A stretch of 64,000 nt of DNA from Chiloscyllium plagiosum (GCF_004010195.1 NC_057749.1:19151538-19215537), one strand, 5' to 3'; shown: positions 12,600-25,905, counted from the first letter of the stretch. Notes: generated from the letters alone by a model not told the origin. Numbers and translations: made by a program.

Positions 12600-14260
12600 T
12601 GTTAATATTGCTGCCGCATGGCGATATCATGTAAAAGTGCAGCATTAATTTTAAAATGATGCTGACAATATCCAGCTCTACCTCATCATTGCCTTTCTGG
12701 AATCCTCCACACTTGCTAAATTATCAGATTGCTTATCTGATATTCAGCACTGGATGAGCAAAAATTCCTTCAATTAAGTATTCAGAAGACTCTGTTTTCA
12801 GTGTCCATTCCAAACTCCCATTCCCTGGTTCATGAAAGTATTCCTCTCCCTGGCAACACTGAGACTAAACTATTCTTTCACAGTTTTGGTGTCATATTTG
12901 ACATCAGGACGACCTTCCAACTCATCCTTGCTAATGCTGAGGCCATCTAATTTCATCTCTCTGACATTGTCTGACATTGCCTCTGCCTCTGCTCACCTAT
13001 TGAAATAATTATCCATGCCTTTCTCACATTCTATCATTTGTAAACTTGAAATCACACAAAATTCCATTTCCCAGGTCGTGATTTATGTCAAGTCCTGTTC
13101 ATCTATCATTGCTGTGCTTGAAGACTTACATTAACACCTGATCAAGCACTACCTTGAAATTAAAATTCTTAACTTTGGTTTTCAAATTGCTTCATGGCCT
13201 TGCTCCTCTCTATCTCTATAATTTTGTTTCGATCCACAAACGTCTCAAATATCAACACCTCCTGGATTCCTGAGCATCCCTGATTTAAACAACACCCTCA
13301 TGTCATAGAGTCATAGAGATGTATAGCACTTTTTAAATGTTGCAATTGTACCAGCCACCACCACTTCCTCTGGCAGCTCATTGCATACATGTACCATCCT
13401 CTGTGTGAAAACGTTGCTCCTCAAGTCTCTTTTATATCTTTTCCCTTTCACCCTAAACCGATGCCCTCTAGTTCTGGACTCCCCCACCCCAGGGAAAAGA
13501 CTTTATCTATTTACCCCATCCATGCCCCTCATGATTTTATAACCTCTATAAGATCACTCCCTCAGCCTTGACACTCCAGGGAAAACAGCCCTAGCCTATT
13601 CAACATCTCCCTGTAGCTTAAATCCTCCAACCCTGGCAACATCCTTGTAAATCTTTTTTGAACTCTTTCAAATTTCACAACATACTTCTGATAGGAAGGA
13701 GACCAGAATTGCACACAGTATTCCAACAGTGGCTTAACCAGTGTCCTGTACAGCTGCAACATGACCTCCCAACTCCTGTAATCAATACTCTGACCAATAA
13801 AGGAAAGCATACCAAACACCTTCTTCACTATCCTACCTACCAGCGACTCCACTTTCAAGGAGCTATGAACCTGCACTCCAAAATCACTTTGTTCAGCAAT
13901 ACTCCCGAGGACCTTACCATTAAATGTATAAGTCCTGCTAAGATTTGCTTTTCCAAAATGTAGCACTCGCATTTATCTAAATTAAACTCTCCATCTGCCA
14001 TTCCACCACCCATTGGTCCATCTGTGGCTGTGTCTTCAGTTCCTGAGACCGCAAGCTCTGGAATTCACTCCCCATATGATTGTCCATCTATTCCTCAATT
14101 TCTTGCTTTAAGGCACTCTTAAAACCTACCTTTTTGACCAAAATTTTTTTCATTTAGCCTACCTTCTCCTTATGAGACTCTGTTATGTTTAGTTTAATCA
14201 TGCTCTTTGAAGCACTTTTGGGTCTTTTTAATTTTTCCTCATGACAATATAAATTTTTGT
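12600..14260 (+). mobile_element. Old L2-clade LINE 3' part, split by a CR1 insertion
   Basis: GCTGACAATATCCAGCTCTACCTC (ADD-QLYL-like), CLSDIQHWMSKN; resumes at ~14024 with CTCTGGAATTCACTCCC...CTTAAAACCTACC. Confidence 0.7.
13302..14023 (-). mobile_element. CR1/HER1 LINE 3' fragment
   Basis: ORF 13562-13972: LYRTLVKPLLEYCVQFWSP...ERVQKRFTRMLPGL; tail GTCATAGAGTCATAGAG. Confidence 0.92.
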
Positions 14261-17187
14261 TGTTGAGTGCTGCCGCTCAATGGGTCATGTTTAAGATGCC
14301 TTGCTAGTTTTGCAGAGTTCATAAATTTTGCTTTCTCATTCTGAAGTACATATTTTCATCCCAGTGCTCTCCATAAAGACAAGACTGCAGTTTCTCAATA
14401 TTTTCGTCATGGTGATCACTCTCGACTGATTGTTCTTTGGCATGACTTATTTCATTTTATTGCTTCTTCCTGCAGTGAGTGCAATTATGAGAGGTTTGTA
14501 TACATGTTAGGTCTTGGATCAAACTTCTTTCCCTCTAAAATTGCCAAAACATCAAATAAAGGGCCACAGGTGTTCTGTGTCTGACCTTCTTTATTAACCA
14601 TACTTCAGTGCAGATAGTTTACATGTGTTCTGTAGTAGTTAATCTACCTCGGGGAAGGTCCTTGGTTCATTTGCTTTTTTTACCCCTTGTGGTCATGTCT
14701 TTTCAGTTGCCTGTAAACCTCCCATTTTCAGTTTCAGTGAGCAATATCATTATGTGGGCTCTAGCAGTGTTCAAAAGAAGTGGCTAGTTTAGCTGAAAAG
14801 AGACCATGTTATAAAGGGCAATATCCTAAACAAAACAAGCACTTGCAGCAAAGAAACACTGGGAGACCCTAATACTTTCATGGTGTCAACTATGGAACTC
14901 ATTGACACTGTCACATTCCCAATTTGGATAGCCTGCAATGTATCAAGAACTATTAATTTTAAATATAGTATGCCACCCATTGTAAAGCTATTGCATCTGT
15001 AGCTTTTCCTGAATTGGAACCTCTACTGCCTTTCCCTTGCAGTTTTGCCTTTACAATGATGTCACATGAATTTACACTAGTCACTGTGAGTCAACACTGG
15101 TTTTTATGAAAGATTCCGATTTTATGGAATGGTGAACTCTTTATCTAGGATGCATCGTGGATGAGAAACTGCACTATGTGTGAGATCATTATATATACAG
15201 TGACTGATTTGAAAATTAGGATCTGAGGAAAGCAAAGACTGCTGATACCAGTACCCATGATACTTATAATTTATAGGTTTCATTGTGTGCATTTATAAAA
15301 ATAATGCAGGTGCACTTGCTGAATCTCATTTACTTTCAATAATACTTATGTGGATTCCTGTTGTTGAGAAATGTCTGTTGTGTTAACAGTATCCAATGAT
15401 TCTTCATGAGAGATAATTCTTGCTCCTCTACTCTGTCATTAGCAACAGAAGAAGCTTTCACTTTTGTTAAGATTTGAAGTTTGACACCTGGGAGCTGTTG
15501 CATGAATACAGAGAGAGTTGAGCTTGTGCATTCACAAAGCAGACAAGGTTCAAATTTAACTGGGTCCATCAGATGTGGTAGAAGTACATTTGAGTGAAAC
15601 ATCTATCTACCTGTGTCTTCTGCAGGGGGCGGGCAGGGAATGCACTAATGCACTGTGTTGTCCGGTGTTTGTGTCCATCATTAAGTTAAACTACATTTTA
15701 TAGAGCTTAACTTTATTTTAATGTAATTTTCAAAAATATCTTTGAGAAGGCAAATGTGTGACTAATGTCGAAGGTTTATGTAAGTTCAGTAAAGTTGCAA
15801 GACAATTTCCAGTTAGATATGTGCATCCGAGGACTTGAAGTCAGAAAGGAAGCAGAGGTTAACAGGGTGTAGCCTGCACAAGACTTTAATGTTTATTCTC
15901 TTGCACTTGTACAGGCAGTGTTGAATTTTTAATAATACAGTTCTTCTTTACTGGTTCATTGAAACCAAAGTTCAGAATTCGGAAAAAGGAAAGAATTTCA
16001 GTACCTTGTTGTAAAATGTGAATGAGTAATTGAATCCTTACAATGGGTTACTCAATGAGAACAGATACACATGTTTCTCTCCTGCTTGCTAATTGTAATA
16101 TATGCAGAGCACAGACTATAAGAGAGAGAACTTGCATTTATACAGCATCTTATGTCACTAGGAAGATAACATGACTTATAAAATGACTTGTTTGGAGCAC
16201 TTCTGTGTGATTGAAGATTGTGTAACAGCAGCGAGGACTATAGGATAATATTGGAGTTCCCCTTAAGCGTCACCCACACTGCACTCTCCCACCCACTGTC
16301 TGAGTTAGATTGATCTTTCAGCCAGGAGTTTTTTAAAAAGACAATGTTATAACCACTGGCCAACTTAGGTTTCTAGGACTTGTGAAAGTTGATACGACTT
16401 TGTGCTTAAACCTCCTCAGAAATTGATATGCTTTTTAACAACTGAATCAAAGGAGGCTTTTTATTTTACAAAGTGTTGAAAGTACTTTGAACCCTTTTGC
16501 TCAGTATTTGAATATAATTTGCACTTGTTCAGTCCTCCATTTTTTTCACAATACTTCTGCAGCTGTTTCTCCTTTTGACCACTCCTTCACCTCCACCTTT
16601 GATATGCTTGTGGTCTCATTAAACAAGTCTTTATTCAATCCCATCTTGGTTGATTTTCCTGATGGTATCCCCCATCTCAGCTGTCAGAAATCCAGGGGGT
16701 GAACACAAATGAATTGGTTTGCTTGCTGTCTCTTAGTTTGACCTTCCATCACCAGAATTAGCTAAGCAACTTCTCAAGGTTCATAAGTTAACCCCATCTT
16801 ATTTTAGTCACTCTCTTCTCCCCATTCACTTGATTTTCACCTCGAACAAGGAGCTCACATACATCTTTATCACTAAGGTGGAAACCCATCTATATAGTTG
16901 GCTCAGTTACTTCTTTTCTGTGATGCTGTACTTTTTCTCTTGCTTTTAAGATTCTGCTTAAAGTCCACCTGACTTAAGAGTTTTCTCCTCCCTTTGTTGT
17001 TTTGTTCTTTGGCTTCACTACGTTTCTTTGACCACACCTCTGTGAAGGATCTCAAATTGTCTCTCTATTTAAAAGATGCAATACAAATACATGGTGTTGT
17101 AAAGTAAATAAATTAATGGAATAAACAATTACATTGTGTGTATTTAATGGTCCACTTCCTGTCCAGATTTATAGGGCTCCCTTGAGT

Positions 17188-17199
17188 ATGAACACATAA
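17188..17199 (+). promoter_or_regulatory. Minimal uORF ATG-AAC-ACA-TAA overlapping the SIN3A start (TAATG)
   Basis: Read directly: gagtATGAACACATAATGaagcgc; lies downstream of both candidate acceptors, so it is exonic. Confidence 0.7.
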
Positions 17200-17384
17200 T
17201 GAAGCGCCGACTGGATGAGCAGGAAACAGTTTATGCGCCTCAACAGCGTCGGATTGCAAGCAGCGCTGAAACGTTTTCACACCAGCATCGGGTGCTGGCC
17301 CCAGCACCCCCTGTCTACGAAGCGGTATCAGAGAATATGCAGCCCACTGCTGGCATTCAGTACTCAGTCGCCCCAGGATACCAG
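17199..17384 (+). CDS. SIN3A: SIN3A coding exon 1 (62 codons, MKRRLDEQE...APGYQ)
   Basis: ATG at 17199; acceptor candidates CAG ending 17166 or TAG ending 17174; donor CAG|GTACTT at 17385; phase 0. Confidence 0.95.
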
Positions 17385-17728
17385 GTACTTTATTATCTTT
17401 GTCGGGAATTTTTTAAGCTGGTCTTTAAAGTGTGCTGCGATGGAATGTCCAAAAACCCTTGACACTGTAGGCAAGTTTAGATGGTAGTTTGCTACTGGTC
17501 TTTGTCAAGCACACATTAGTTCAGAGCTCATCTCCTGTAGTTTATGACTACATGAAGTAAACTGATTTCATTTTATGTTCTGGCCTCACTGAATGAAGTC
17601 CAAGTACTGGCTAATACAAGAGCATAAGATTAAAAAAATCTGATGAACTCAATCATGAATGTTTTCAATGACATGGCCCCTATTGTTCTATAATGAAGAG
17701 AGCTCCACAGACAACTGACCATCTGAGA

Positions 17729-18012
17729 GAAAAAAAATCTTCAATGTTTAATCCTCAGCACGAAATAATATAACGTTAAAGCATGAGCGGCACGGTGGCA
17801 CAGTGGTTAGCACTGCTGCCTCACAGCGCCAGAGACCCGGGTTCAACTCCCGACTCAGGCGACTGACTGTGTGGAAAAAAAAATCTTCAATGTTTAATCC
17901 TCAGCACGAACTAATATAACGTTAAAGCATGAGCGGCACGGTGGCAAGCACTGCTGCCTCACAGCGCCAGAGACCCGGGTTCAATTCCCGACTCAGGCGA
18001 CTGACTGTGTGG
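17729..18012 (+). repeat. Tandem duplication (~145 bp x2) of flank plus SINE head
   Basis: GAAAAAAAATCTTCAATG...GACTGTGTGG occurs at 17729-17873 and 17874-18012. Confidence 0.9.
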
Positions 18013-18230
18013 AGTTTGCATCCCCGTGTCTGCGTGGGTTTCCTCCGGGTGCTCTGGTTTACTCCCACAGTCCAAAGATGTGCAGGTCAGGTGAATTGGC
18101 CATGCTAAATTGCCCGTAGTGTTAGGTAAAGGGGTAAATGTTGGGGAATGGATGGGTTACGCTTCGGTGGGTCGGTGTGGACTTGTTAGGCCGAAGGGCC
18201 TGTTTCCACACTGTAAGTAATCTAATCTAA
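17931..18230 (+). mobile_element. HE1/V-SINE, near full length
   Basis: tRNA-like head (B box GGTTCAATTCC), V domain, (TAATC)n tail; TAAAGYATGA flanks as likely TSD. Confidence 0.92.
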
Positions 18231-19904
18231 AGTATGAAAATAGACACTTTTCTCTTGATTCCAAACCCATTGCTTTGCTGTAAAAGTGGCATAAGTTGAA
18301 TATCAAGTATTCTCTAAGTGTAAATTCACCAAAAAAAAACAATATTTGGCAAGTAAATTAGAGTGGAGATGAAGACTTTCTTTTGTTGTCACAATGAATT
18401 GTTATGACCTTGAATGCACTGCCTGAACAGGCGACAAAAGTGCATATAATGGTTGGGAGTTTATGAAACCATCAGAGATTGCTGTCATTACACCTCCAAA
18501 TCAAAACATGAGTTCAGGGTTCCAATGCAAGTGCAGACTAACGCATATATCTTAAATGTTGAGGGAGTCAGTTTGCTCCTTTTTTGTGTGTGTATGAGGT
18601 TTTTTTATCTTTTACAGCTCTTAATATTGTTGTTAGGAACTCTATGAAAAGTTCTAACTTCTTCAGAGCAATATTTTTAATGGTGAGCTGAGCAGTATTC
18701 TTACACAACTTTAGTTTGGCCATGAAGGAGTTGTAGAAAATTAAGTTTTTTCATTATGATTCTGAAACAGTGCTTTCTAAATGATTTACAAAAATTGTAA
18801 ATAAGTTTAATTTTTAAGACTTAAGACTTTTTTTAGCATAGCCTGACATGTTACGCCCCTTTTTTTAAAGTTTTTTCTGTGAAAATTTTAGAAAGTTATT
18901 TTCATTAGTGGTTTTAGATTCCTGTTTTGCTGTCTGTGATGACTTTGATGTGATTGACTGTTTAGCTTGATGACATTACTGCAGGGTATCTCACTGGGCA
19001 ACACTACAGACAATCACACAAGAAAAGAGCTAAAGTTATCACCACAGGTTACTAGGGCTTTCAATGTAACTTTCTATGAGATCAGCAATGATTGCCTTTG
19101 CTTCAATGCTGAATTAAGACTAGCAGCCAGTAGCTTCCAAAAAGGATATATGATGTTAATTGGACAGCTCTTTCAAACCTTCTGTTCTGTATCATTGTGT
19201 TTTAAAAAGCAGGCTCTAACCATTAAAGGTATTTCTAAAAGATACTTCTGAATTGAAACTTTAATTTTGATGTTGGGGTGTGTGTGGTCAATAAGTACTT
19301 CAGTTGGTGGAGATTTCCATAGTTGTCGAGGCATTTTGCTTGTGGCTCTTATTTTATCTGGATCTGTTGGGGAGATCATTGAGCATGATACGTGGGAGTT
19401 CTTTTGGCGTTTTCTTTGATATGTAGTTCCTTGTATGAGATTGTGCTGAAGAGGACCAGGTTAATGCAGACACCTGCTTTAGAATCATAGTCAACCCTTG
19501 AAAATTTGCATACAAAAGGAAGCCATTTGACCCTTCAGTTGTACCAGCTCTCTGCAAGTGCAACTCACCTTTTCTACTACTCCACCTTTTCCCAATTTAT
19601 ATCTTTCTACTCTGTCTAGACTTCTCACTATTTTGCACCATGATCCTGTTGTTGTTCTTCAAAGAGAGCAGTCTCTACTTTTCCAATCTATCCATGTAGC
19701 TGTAGTTCTTCATCACTGAAATGATTCTTGTGAATCTTTTCCCTGTCCTCTCCAATGCCTTCACAAACTTCTGAAAATGTGGTATCTGGAATTGGAAAAA
19801 TAAAAGTATTTATGTATTTTATGAAATCATAAATTTTATCATAAGTTTATACATTTTGAATGATAGCTTTTTTCCAAAGGTTTCCTTTTATTCATCGTCA
19901 TTGA

Positions 19905-20570
19905 GGCTGAATAGGCTAGGGCTGTTTTCCCTGGAGTGTCAGAGGCTGAGAGGGGAACCTTATAGAAGTTTGTAAAATCACGAGTAGGGTGAATAGTCAA
20001 GTAGGGAAGTCCAAAACTCGAGGGCATTGGTTTAAAGTGAGAGGGGTGAAATTCAAAAAGGACCCAAGTGACAACTTTTTCATGTAGAAGCTGCCTGAGG
20101 AGGTGGTGGAGGCTGGTACAATAACAACATTTAAAAGGCATCTGGATGAATAGGAAGGGTTTAAAGGGATATAGGCCAAATGCTGGTTAATGGAATTAGG
20201 TTCATTTAGTAGCACTGCTGCCTCAGCACCAGGGTGCCAGGTTCAATTCCAGCCTCGGGTGACTGTCTCTGTGGAGTTTGCACATTCTCCCCTTGTCTGC
20301 GTGGATTTCCTCCCCGTGCTCCGGTTTCCTCCCACAGTCCAAAGATGTGCAGGTCAGGTGAATTGGCCATGGTAAATTGTCCATAGTTTTCGGTGCATTA
20401 GTCAGAGGGAAATGGGTCTGGGTGGGTTACTCTTTGGAGAGTCAGTGTGGACTGGTTGGGCCAAAGGGCGTGTTTCCACACTCTAGGAAATCTAATCAAT
20501 ATCTCATCAGCAAGGATGAGTTGGACTAAAGGGTCTGTTTCCATGCTGCACAACTCTATGACTCTGTGAT
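19905..20570 (+). mobile_element. CR1/HER1 3' end interrupted by an HE1/V-SINE (~20208-20497)
   Basis: LNRLGLFSLE-coding segment and 3'UTR run into a SINE head/V domain, then the CR1 tail resumes (AAGGGTCTGTTTCCATGCTG..CTCTATGACTCT). Confidence 0.85.
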
Positions 20571-21384
20571 TCAATGGCACAAGTAACAATAGTTGTGCTG
20601 TTCGGCATCGGTAAATTGAACTGACCCATAGCACTTTGGGAGCAGGTGTTGGTTTGCTCAGTTCTTGATATAGTTTGTAGATTAGAAGTTGTGTGTTTGC
20701 TTGCATCATTTTGTAAACTATCACTGAATACTTAGCACTCTAATGCACGGTGTGTCATGAGTTATGTTATCCTTTATGCTTTCATCCATCACACGTCACT
20801 TATAGCCTAAAGAATGGGCAAACTATCTCTGCCTGGATGCGTAAACGTTTGCTTTCGCACCAGTCATAGAAAGAAATCTGTATTCATGGGATGAATAGCG
20901 TGCTGATTTGAAAACAAGTAATGTGTGTTGCCACAGTGGAGAAATGTTGCATCTCTTTATACATGCAGTGAATTTACAGGTGTACTCCTGTTTTCAGAGT
21001 TCAAAAACCAAATATTCCTCCAGGGCATTTAGCAACCTGCTAATGACAGGTGGCTGTGTATGTGGATTGGTAATGTGACATTGCAAATTACTGTCTGCAG
21101 TTATGGCACATGTTAGCCCAAGCAACAGTTTATGTTTATCAAAGTCATGTCGAAGCAGTCTTCCTCCATTAACAAATTGGAGCTGAGGGGCTGTTCTTTT
21201 CTGCTTAACCCATGCCCCTTGCATGTCGTGTCTAAAATGAATGAATTTGGAATTGGCTGAAGATGCTTTTATACTATAATCGTATCATTGCAGTATCACA
21301 CTAATGACTCTTGGCATTCCCTGCATAATATTTTACTGTCATCAGCAGTACAACTGGAAGCTGGTTAAAATCAATGAGTGCTCT

Positions 21385-21492
21385 TGTGGCACTGAGGTAG
21401 TGTCCCTATCTCTGAGCGAGGGGCCTGGTTCAAATTACACCTGCTCCAGAGCTGTACCATAATATGTCTGACCAGATTGATTAGAAAATATC
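21385..21492 (+). mobile_element. Short tRNA-derived SINE-like element (second copy ~45343-45448)
   Basis: GTGGCAC..G.T.GTGTCCCT...GGCCTG.GTTCAA...GATTAGAA shared by both copies. Confidence 0.55.
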
Positions 21493-22345
21493 TATTTCAT
21501 TGGCTAATGTTCTACCCATCATCCTCCTTGCAGCCTAAGAACCCCAAAGGAGACAAGTTGTAGGCTGGCTGAGTGTATGGTCCACTTGAATATGTTACTG
21601 AATATGGGAAGGTGCATTCAAATCAAACAGAAAAAGGGGTTTGTCTATTGTGCTGCCTTTTGGATGTCTCCATTGTTAGACTAAAGAATCATTTAGCTGG
21701 TATGTTGCTGTCAGCCCTTTTAAAACATAAAACTAGGCACCAAAAAGTTATTTGCTTTTGTCAGGACTTCTGTCCAGTATGGACAAAGATCGGCAATTGG
21801 AAAGGTTAATATTACAGCTCATTTGAATCATTCATTCATAAAAGCGAATTAAATAGGAAATGACTCAAAAATCAATTCAGTGTTAATGCCCTAGGGCCAG
21901 TAGTAGCATCTGATGAGCAGAACCTCTGGGACATTGTGTGTGTGTGAAGTCTTTCCTTATCCACCTGTTCCTTAGCATATCTAGGGATGTGGAACCAAGC
22001 AAAATTAAAGCACTGTTTGTCTGTCTTCCTAAGATGTAAGACTGTGCTAATTTATCTGCAGTACTTCAACTTAGCCAACTCCATGGCTGCTTTTACTTAC
22101 TTTCTGCTGTCAAAATCTAGGTGGTTAGTAGTTACTCAGTGAATATTGCAATTTTACAATACAGGCTACAATGCAAATACTTGCTTAGAGAACTCCTCAA
22201 GAATTGTGTGGTAGCCTCATGAATGAGTAGAAAAGATTAAGTTCACAGACAGACATTCAGCATACTCAATTTGCCACTTTTCAATTTTAGATTCATTTCC
22301 TGCAAATTTAATATTTGCTTCACAAAAATACACAAACTATTACTG

Positions 22346-22700
22346 TTCATAGAATCCTTACAGTGTGGAAGCAGGCCATTCGGCCCATGGAGTCCTCGCT
22401 GACTCTCCGAAGAGCATCCCATCCACACCCAATCCCCTACCGTATGGGTTTCCCTAGGTTTCCCATGACTAATCCACCTAACCAGCACATCCCAGGATAC
22501 TATGGACAATTTAGCATGGCCAATCCACCTAATGTGCATGTCTTTAACTGTGAGAAGAAACTGGAGCACCCAGAAGAAACCCACGCAGACACTGGCAGAA
22601 CTTGCAGACTCCACGCAGACAGTCGCCCAAGGGTGGAATCGAACCTGGATCCCTGGTGTTGTGAGGTAGCAGTGCTAACCACTGAGCCACCGTGCCATCC
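22346..22700 (-). mobile_element. HE1/V-SINE, full length
   Basis: Reverse complement has GGCACGGTGGCTCAGTGGTTAGCAC A box, GGTTCGATTCC B box, V domain and tail. Confidence 0.92.
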
Positions 22701-23229
22701 TGAACCCTGCCTCTTAATGGAACAGGATATGTGGTAGTAGCAACCCAGTCCAGTTCAGCACTTCTTGTATTTGTATGTCTGGCAAAGCAGTTATAGTTCA
22801 GTTGAAACGAACAGTCCATTGATCAGCTTCATCTGAGATATTGTAATTGGTTGTGATGCCACCAAGCATGGATCGTTCAGGCCACAAGTTCAGTCTCTGG
22901 GTGATGGTCTCATTTGGATAGCTGCAGTCACAATTTGACCTCTTATTTCACTTATGGAACAAAAGGCCTTATTTTCCTGGGTTGTCCTCAGACACTTGAG
23001 GATTATCCTGATTTTCTGCAGAATGTTGAAACCTGCAACTTACCACTTGTGTCCATAATTAGTTTACAGTTGGTGAAGCATGCAGTTAACCAGGAGGTCT
23101 AGAGTTGAGAGTTAGGGCTGTCATTAGTTAGTGGGGGTTGGATTCTGTTTCAGTAGGGACAGTGTGATTTCAACTGTGTGCATGGAATTTTTTTTGACGT
23201 CCTGTGTCAGTGGAAATGCTTCGTTGGCT

Positions 23230-23582
23230 CTCATAGTCATACAGCACGGAAACAGACCCTTCAGCCCAACTTGTCCATGCTGTCCAGGTTTCCTAAACTG
23301 AACTAGTCCCATTTGCCTGCATTTGGTCCATATGCCTCTAAAACTTTCCTATCCATGTACCTGTACAAATGTCTTTAAATGTTGTAATTGTACTTGCTTC
23401 TACCATTTCCTCTGGCAGATCGTTCTATATACACAGCATTCTGTATGTGATAAAGTTGCCCCTAAGATTCCTTTTAAATCTTTTCCCTCTCACCTTAAAC
23501 CCATGCTGTCTAGTTTTGGACACTCTTGCCCTGGAGAAAAGACCTTGGCTATTCAGCTTATCCATGCCCCTCATGATTTTGT
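23230..23582 (-). mobile_element. CR1/HER1 3' tail
   Basis: Same 3'UTR as 24553-24837, 43268-43785 and 63527-64000. Confidence 0.85.
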
Positions 23583-23971
23583 GTGGCTTTGCTTCCTTCC
23601 TTGTGATCTGATGTTCTGCAGTGATTCTAGGTAAATCCCATCAGTCCTTGCTGTTTTGTCTGACCTGGTTACTATCAGGGTATTGCGTGGTTATCACTTG
23701 GTTGCTCCCAGACTGGATGGCAGATGCCATGCTTTTTGGCTTGAGTATGTGAAGTCAAACAACTTTGGTTCCTGCCATCTGGCATCATTGAGGAAAGGGA
23801 CGTGAAGAGTATTATTGCCACATCAGTGTCTTAATTTTCCCCATATTCCTCTTGGAGTAATTCACTTTCCAGGATCTTCAGGCAAGGCATTTTTTTTCTG
23901 GAGACCCAAGAACCGAATTTGGTGGTTGCCAGCATGAGGTGTTGAGTAAAGAGGTGTAGATCATCTACCAT

Positions 23972-24255
23972 GAACATCAATTAGCCACTAAATGCCATGA
24001 CCAGCTGTTTCTAGAAGCATGACACTCGCTGACTCCATCAATAAACACATTGACCTCGACTGGATATACCGACCACTGCAACGAGCAACCAGAACCAGTA
24101 ACTGGAACCAGTGGGAACGAAACCAAATAAATTCCAACTGACATAGTAAAGCAGCGCTTCACAGGAGGCTCCACTGCACTGAGGGTGTCATCTAGAAAGG
24201 GGACAAAACATCTGTAAACCAGCATGGCAAACATATCCACAAAAACTGCGAGGTG
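23972..24255 (+). mobile_element. Penelope-like 3' fragment with degenerate hammerhead
   Basis: Related to 27709-28156 (ATAAACACATTGACCT..GA); CA-CTGAGGG-TGTCATCTAGAAAGGGGAC-AAAA-CA-TC-TG at ~24177-24214. Confidence 0.6.
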
Positions 24256-24552
24256 ATAGATTTTGGGGAGGGGTGAGATCTGGTAAGTGATAGTATCTGC
24301 AGTAGGCATCCTGACTGCCTTTTGCAGATTTCAGCATTTGATATTTATAGATAATTTGATATTTATAGATTTTACTACTGAGCCCAATTTCTAATGAGTT
24401 GTTGGCGATGTTCATACTGGGGCAGCATGACTGACTACTGACGTGCTCCTGATCGTTGCTTTCATGGATCATGAAGCAAAGATCAGGTAAGTAGTTGGCG
24501 GAATAAAATGTGAAAGGCTGCTTTGCATCATAGATTTGTTTATGCCACGTAC

Positions 24553-24837
24553 AGAGGTCATAGAGATGTACAGCATGGAAACAGACCCTTTGGTCCAATC
24601 CGTCCATGCCGACCAGGTGTCCCAACTCAATCTAGTCCCACCTGCCAGCACCCAGCCGATATCCCTCCAAACCCTTCCTATTCATATACCCATCCAAATG
24701 CCTTTTAAATGTTGCAATTGTACCAGCCTCCAGCACTTCCTCTGGAAGCTCATTCCATACATGTACCACCCTCTGCGTGAAAAAGTTGTCCCTTAGGACC
24801 CTTTTGTATCTTTTCCCTCTCACCCTAAACCTATGCC
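24553..24837 (-). mobile_element. CR1/HER1 3' tail
   Basis: NFFTQRVVHVWNELPEEV...FKRHLD ORF2 C-terminus plus 3'UTR. Confidence 0.9.
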
Positions 24838-25439
24838 CACTGCTGTCTTGCAGTGTTGTTGCTGGAGTATGTGCTGTTAGCTATTGAACTTACCAGTTTG
24901 GATGGTTAGAGGTTCTGCAGGTAGATAATATTGGATCACGTCATTTGGTGGCTGTAGAGGCTTGTCAAGATCAGCTTTTCTACTCTGGGGTTTAAATAGA
25001 TGTCATCTAATTTTAGGTGTCATGTGTCTTTGGTGAGGCTTTCCTGGATCTAGGTGGCTATCCTGTATGTTTTATTATCCCTTCTTATTGTGAGTTTGTA
25101 CTCGGCAATATGGGCTCATCAGCTGGAAAGGTCTGTGTGGTGCGTTTCCTACAGGGTGACCATGTCCACCTTCCTGTCCAAGGTACTGTTGGAAGGAGCT
25201 CAGGTCCGCCCGGATAGGCTGTTGATATTGAACCTCTTTGATAGCATTAGTTTGGAGATTTTCAGGTTGGAAAATTGACTCTAACAGGAGAATTGCATAG
25301 CAGCTGCTTACTCCCTCCCATACCACAAGTGACAGGATTTAATTACCTGTCACTGTCTTGAAGCTTGGGTGGTGAGAAGGAATATTTAAAATTGAATGGC
25401 ATGGAATTCTGTTCTTGAATTAGACTCGTATCTGCATCA

Positions 25440-25905
25440 AGAATATGACAATGAAGTTTGACATTATCACATCAATATGAGAAATAGAAAAGCAGAATAA
25501 TTTTCAGATGCTGAGACTGGGAAATGTGCACATTCAAAGGGATCTAGTTATCCTTGTACAAGAATCATTACAAAGATAAATTGTACATCAGCCTTTGTTA
25601 CAAGGAGATTGGAATAGAGCAAAGAATTCATACCACAATAGGACTTTGATGAGGTTACACCTAGAATACAATGTGCTGCTTTGGACTCATTCCCTAAGGA
25701 AGAATACACATCCCCTCAAGGGAATACAACAAAGATTTTTGGGATGGTAGGTTGTCTTATGAAGAAAGTTTAAGTAGACTAGGTATGGAGATTAGCATAA
25801 TGAGAGGTGATCTGACAGAAACGTATAAAATGAAAGGGCTAGTTTGGGTAAATACTGGGAAAAAAGTTTTTGACTTTTCTGGCAATTTAGAACATGGGGG
25901 TCAGT
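25440..25905 (+). mobile_element. Old CR1 fragment
   Basis: Degenerate RPHLEY..FW..and GDL.ETYKI-coding segments. Confidence 0.6.

Noticed and set aside
15622..15670. GC box (GGGGCGGG) as a possible alternative promoter upstream of the first coding exon
   Set aside because: Single motif, no CpG island and no other support.
17786..17860. tRNA-like sequence with A and B boxes (also 22620-22700, 42530, 52955)
   Set aside because: These are SINE heads followed by V-domain or other SINE body sequence, not tRNA genes.
6946..21935. Isolated CTGATGA heptamers (~6946, ~7917, ~17640, ~21910) as possible hammerheads or C/D snoRNA boxes
   Set aside because: There is no stem II plus GAAA plus closing stem I, and no convincing terminal stem or box C/D pair.
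23590..25330. Possible additional retroelement remnants flanking the 23972 and 24553 insertions
   Set aside because: They look coding-derived, but I could not recover a recognisable motif to assign a family.
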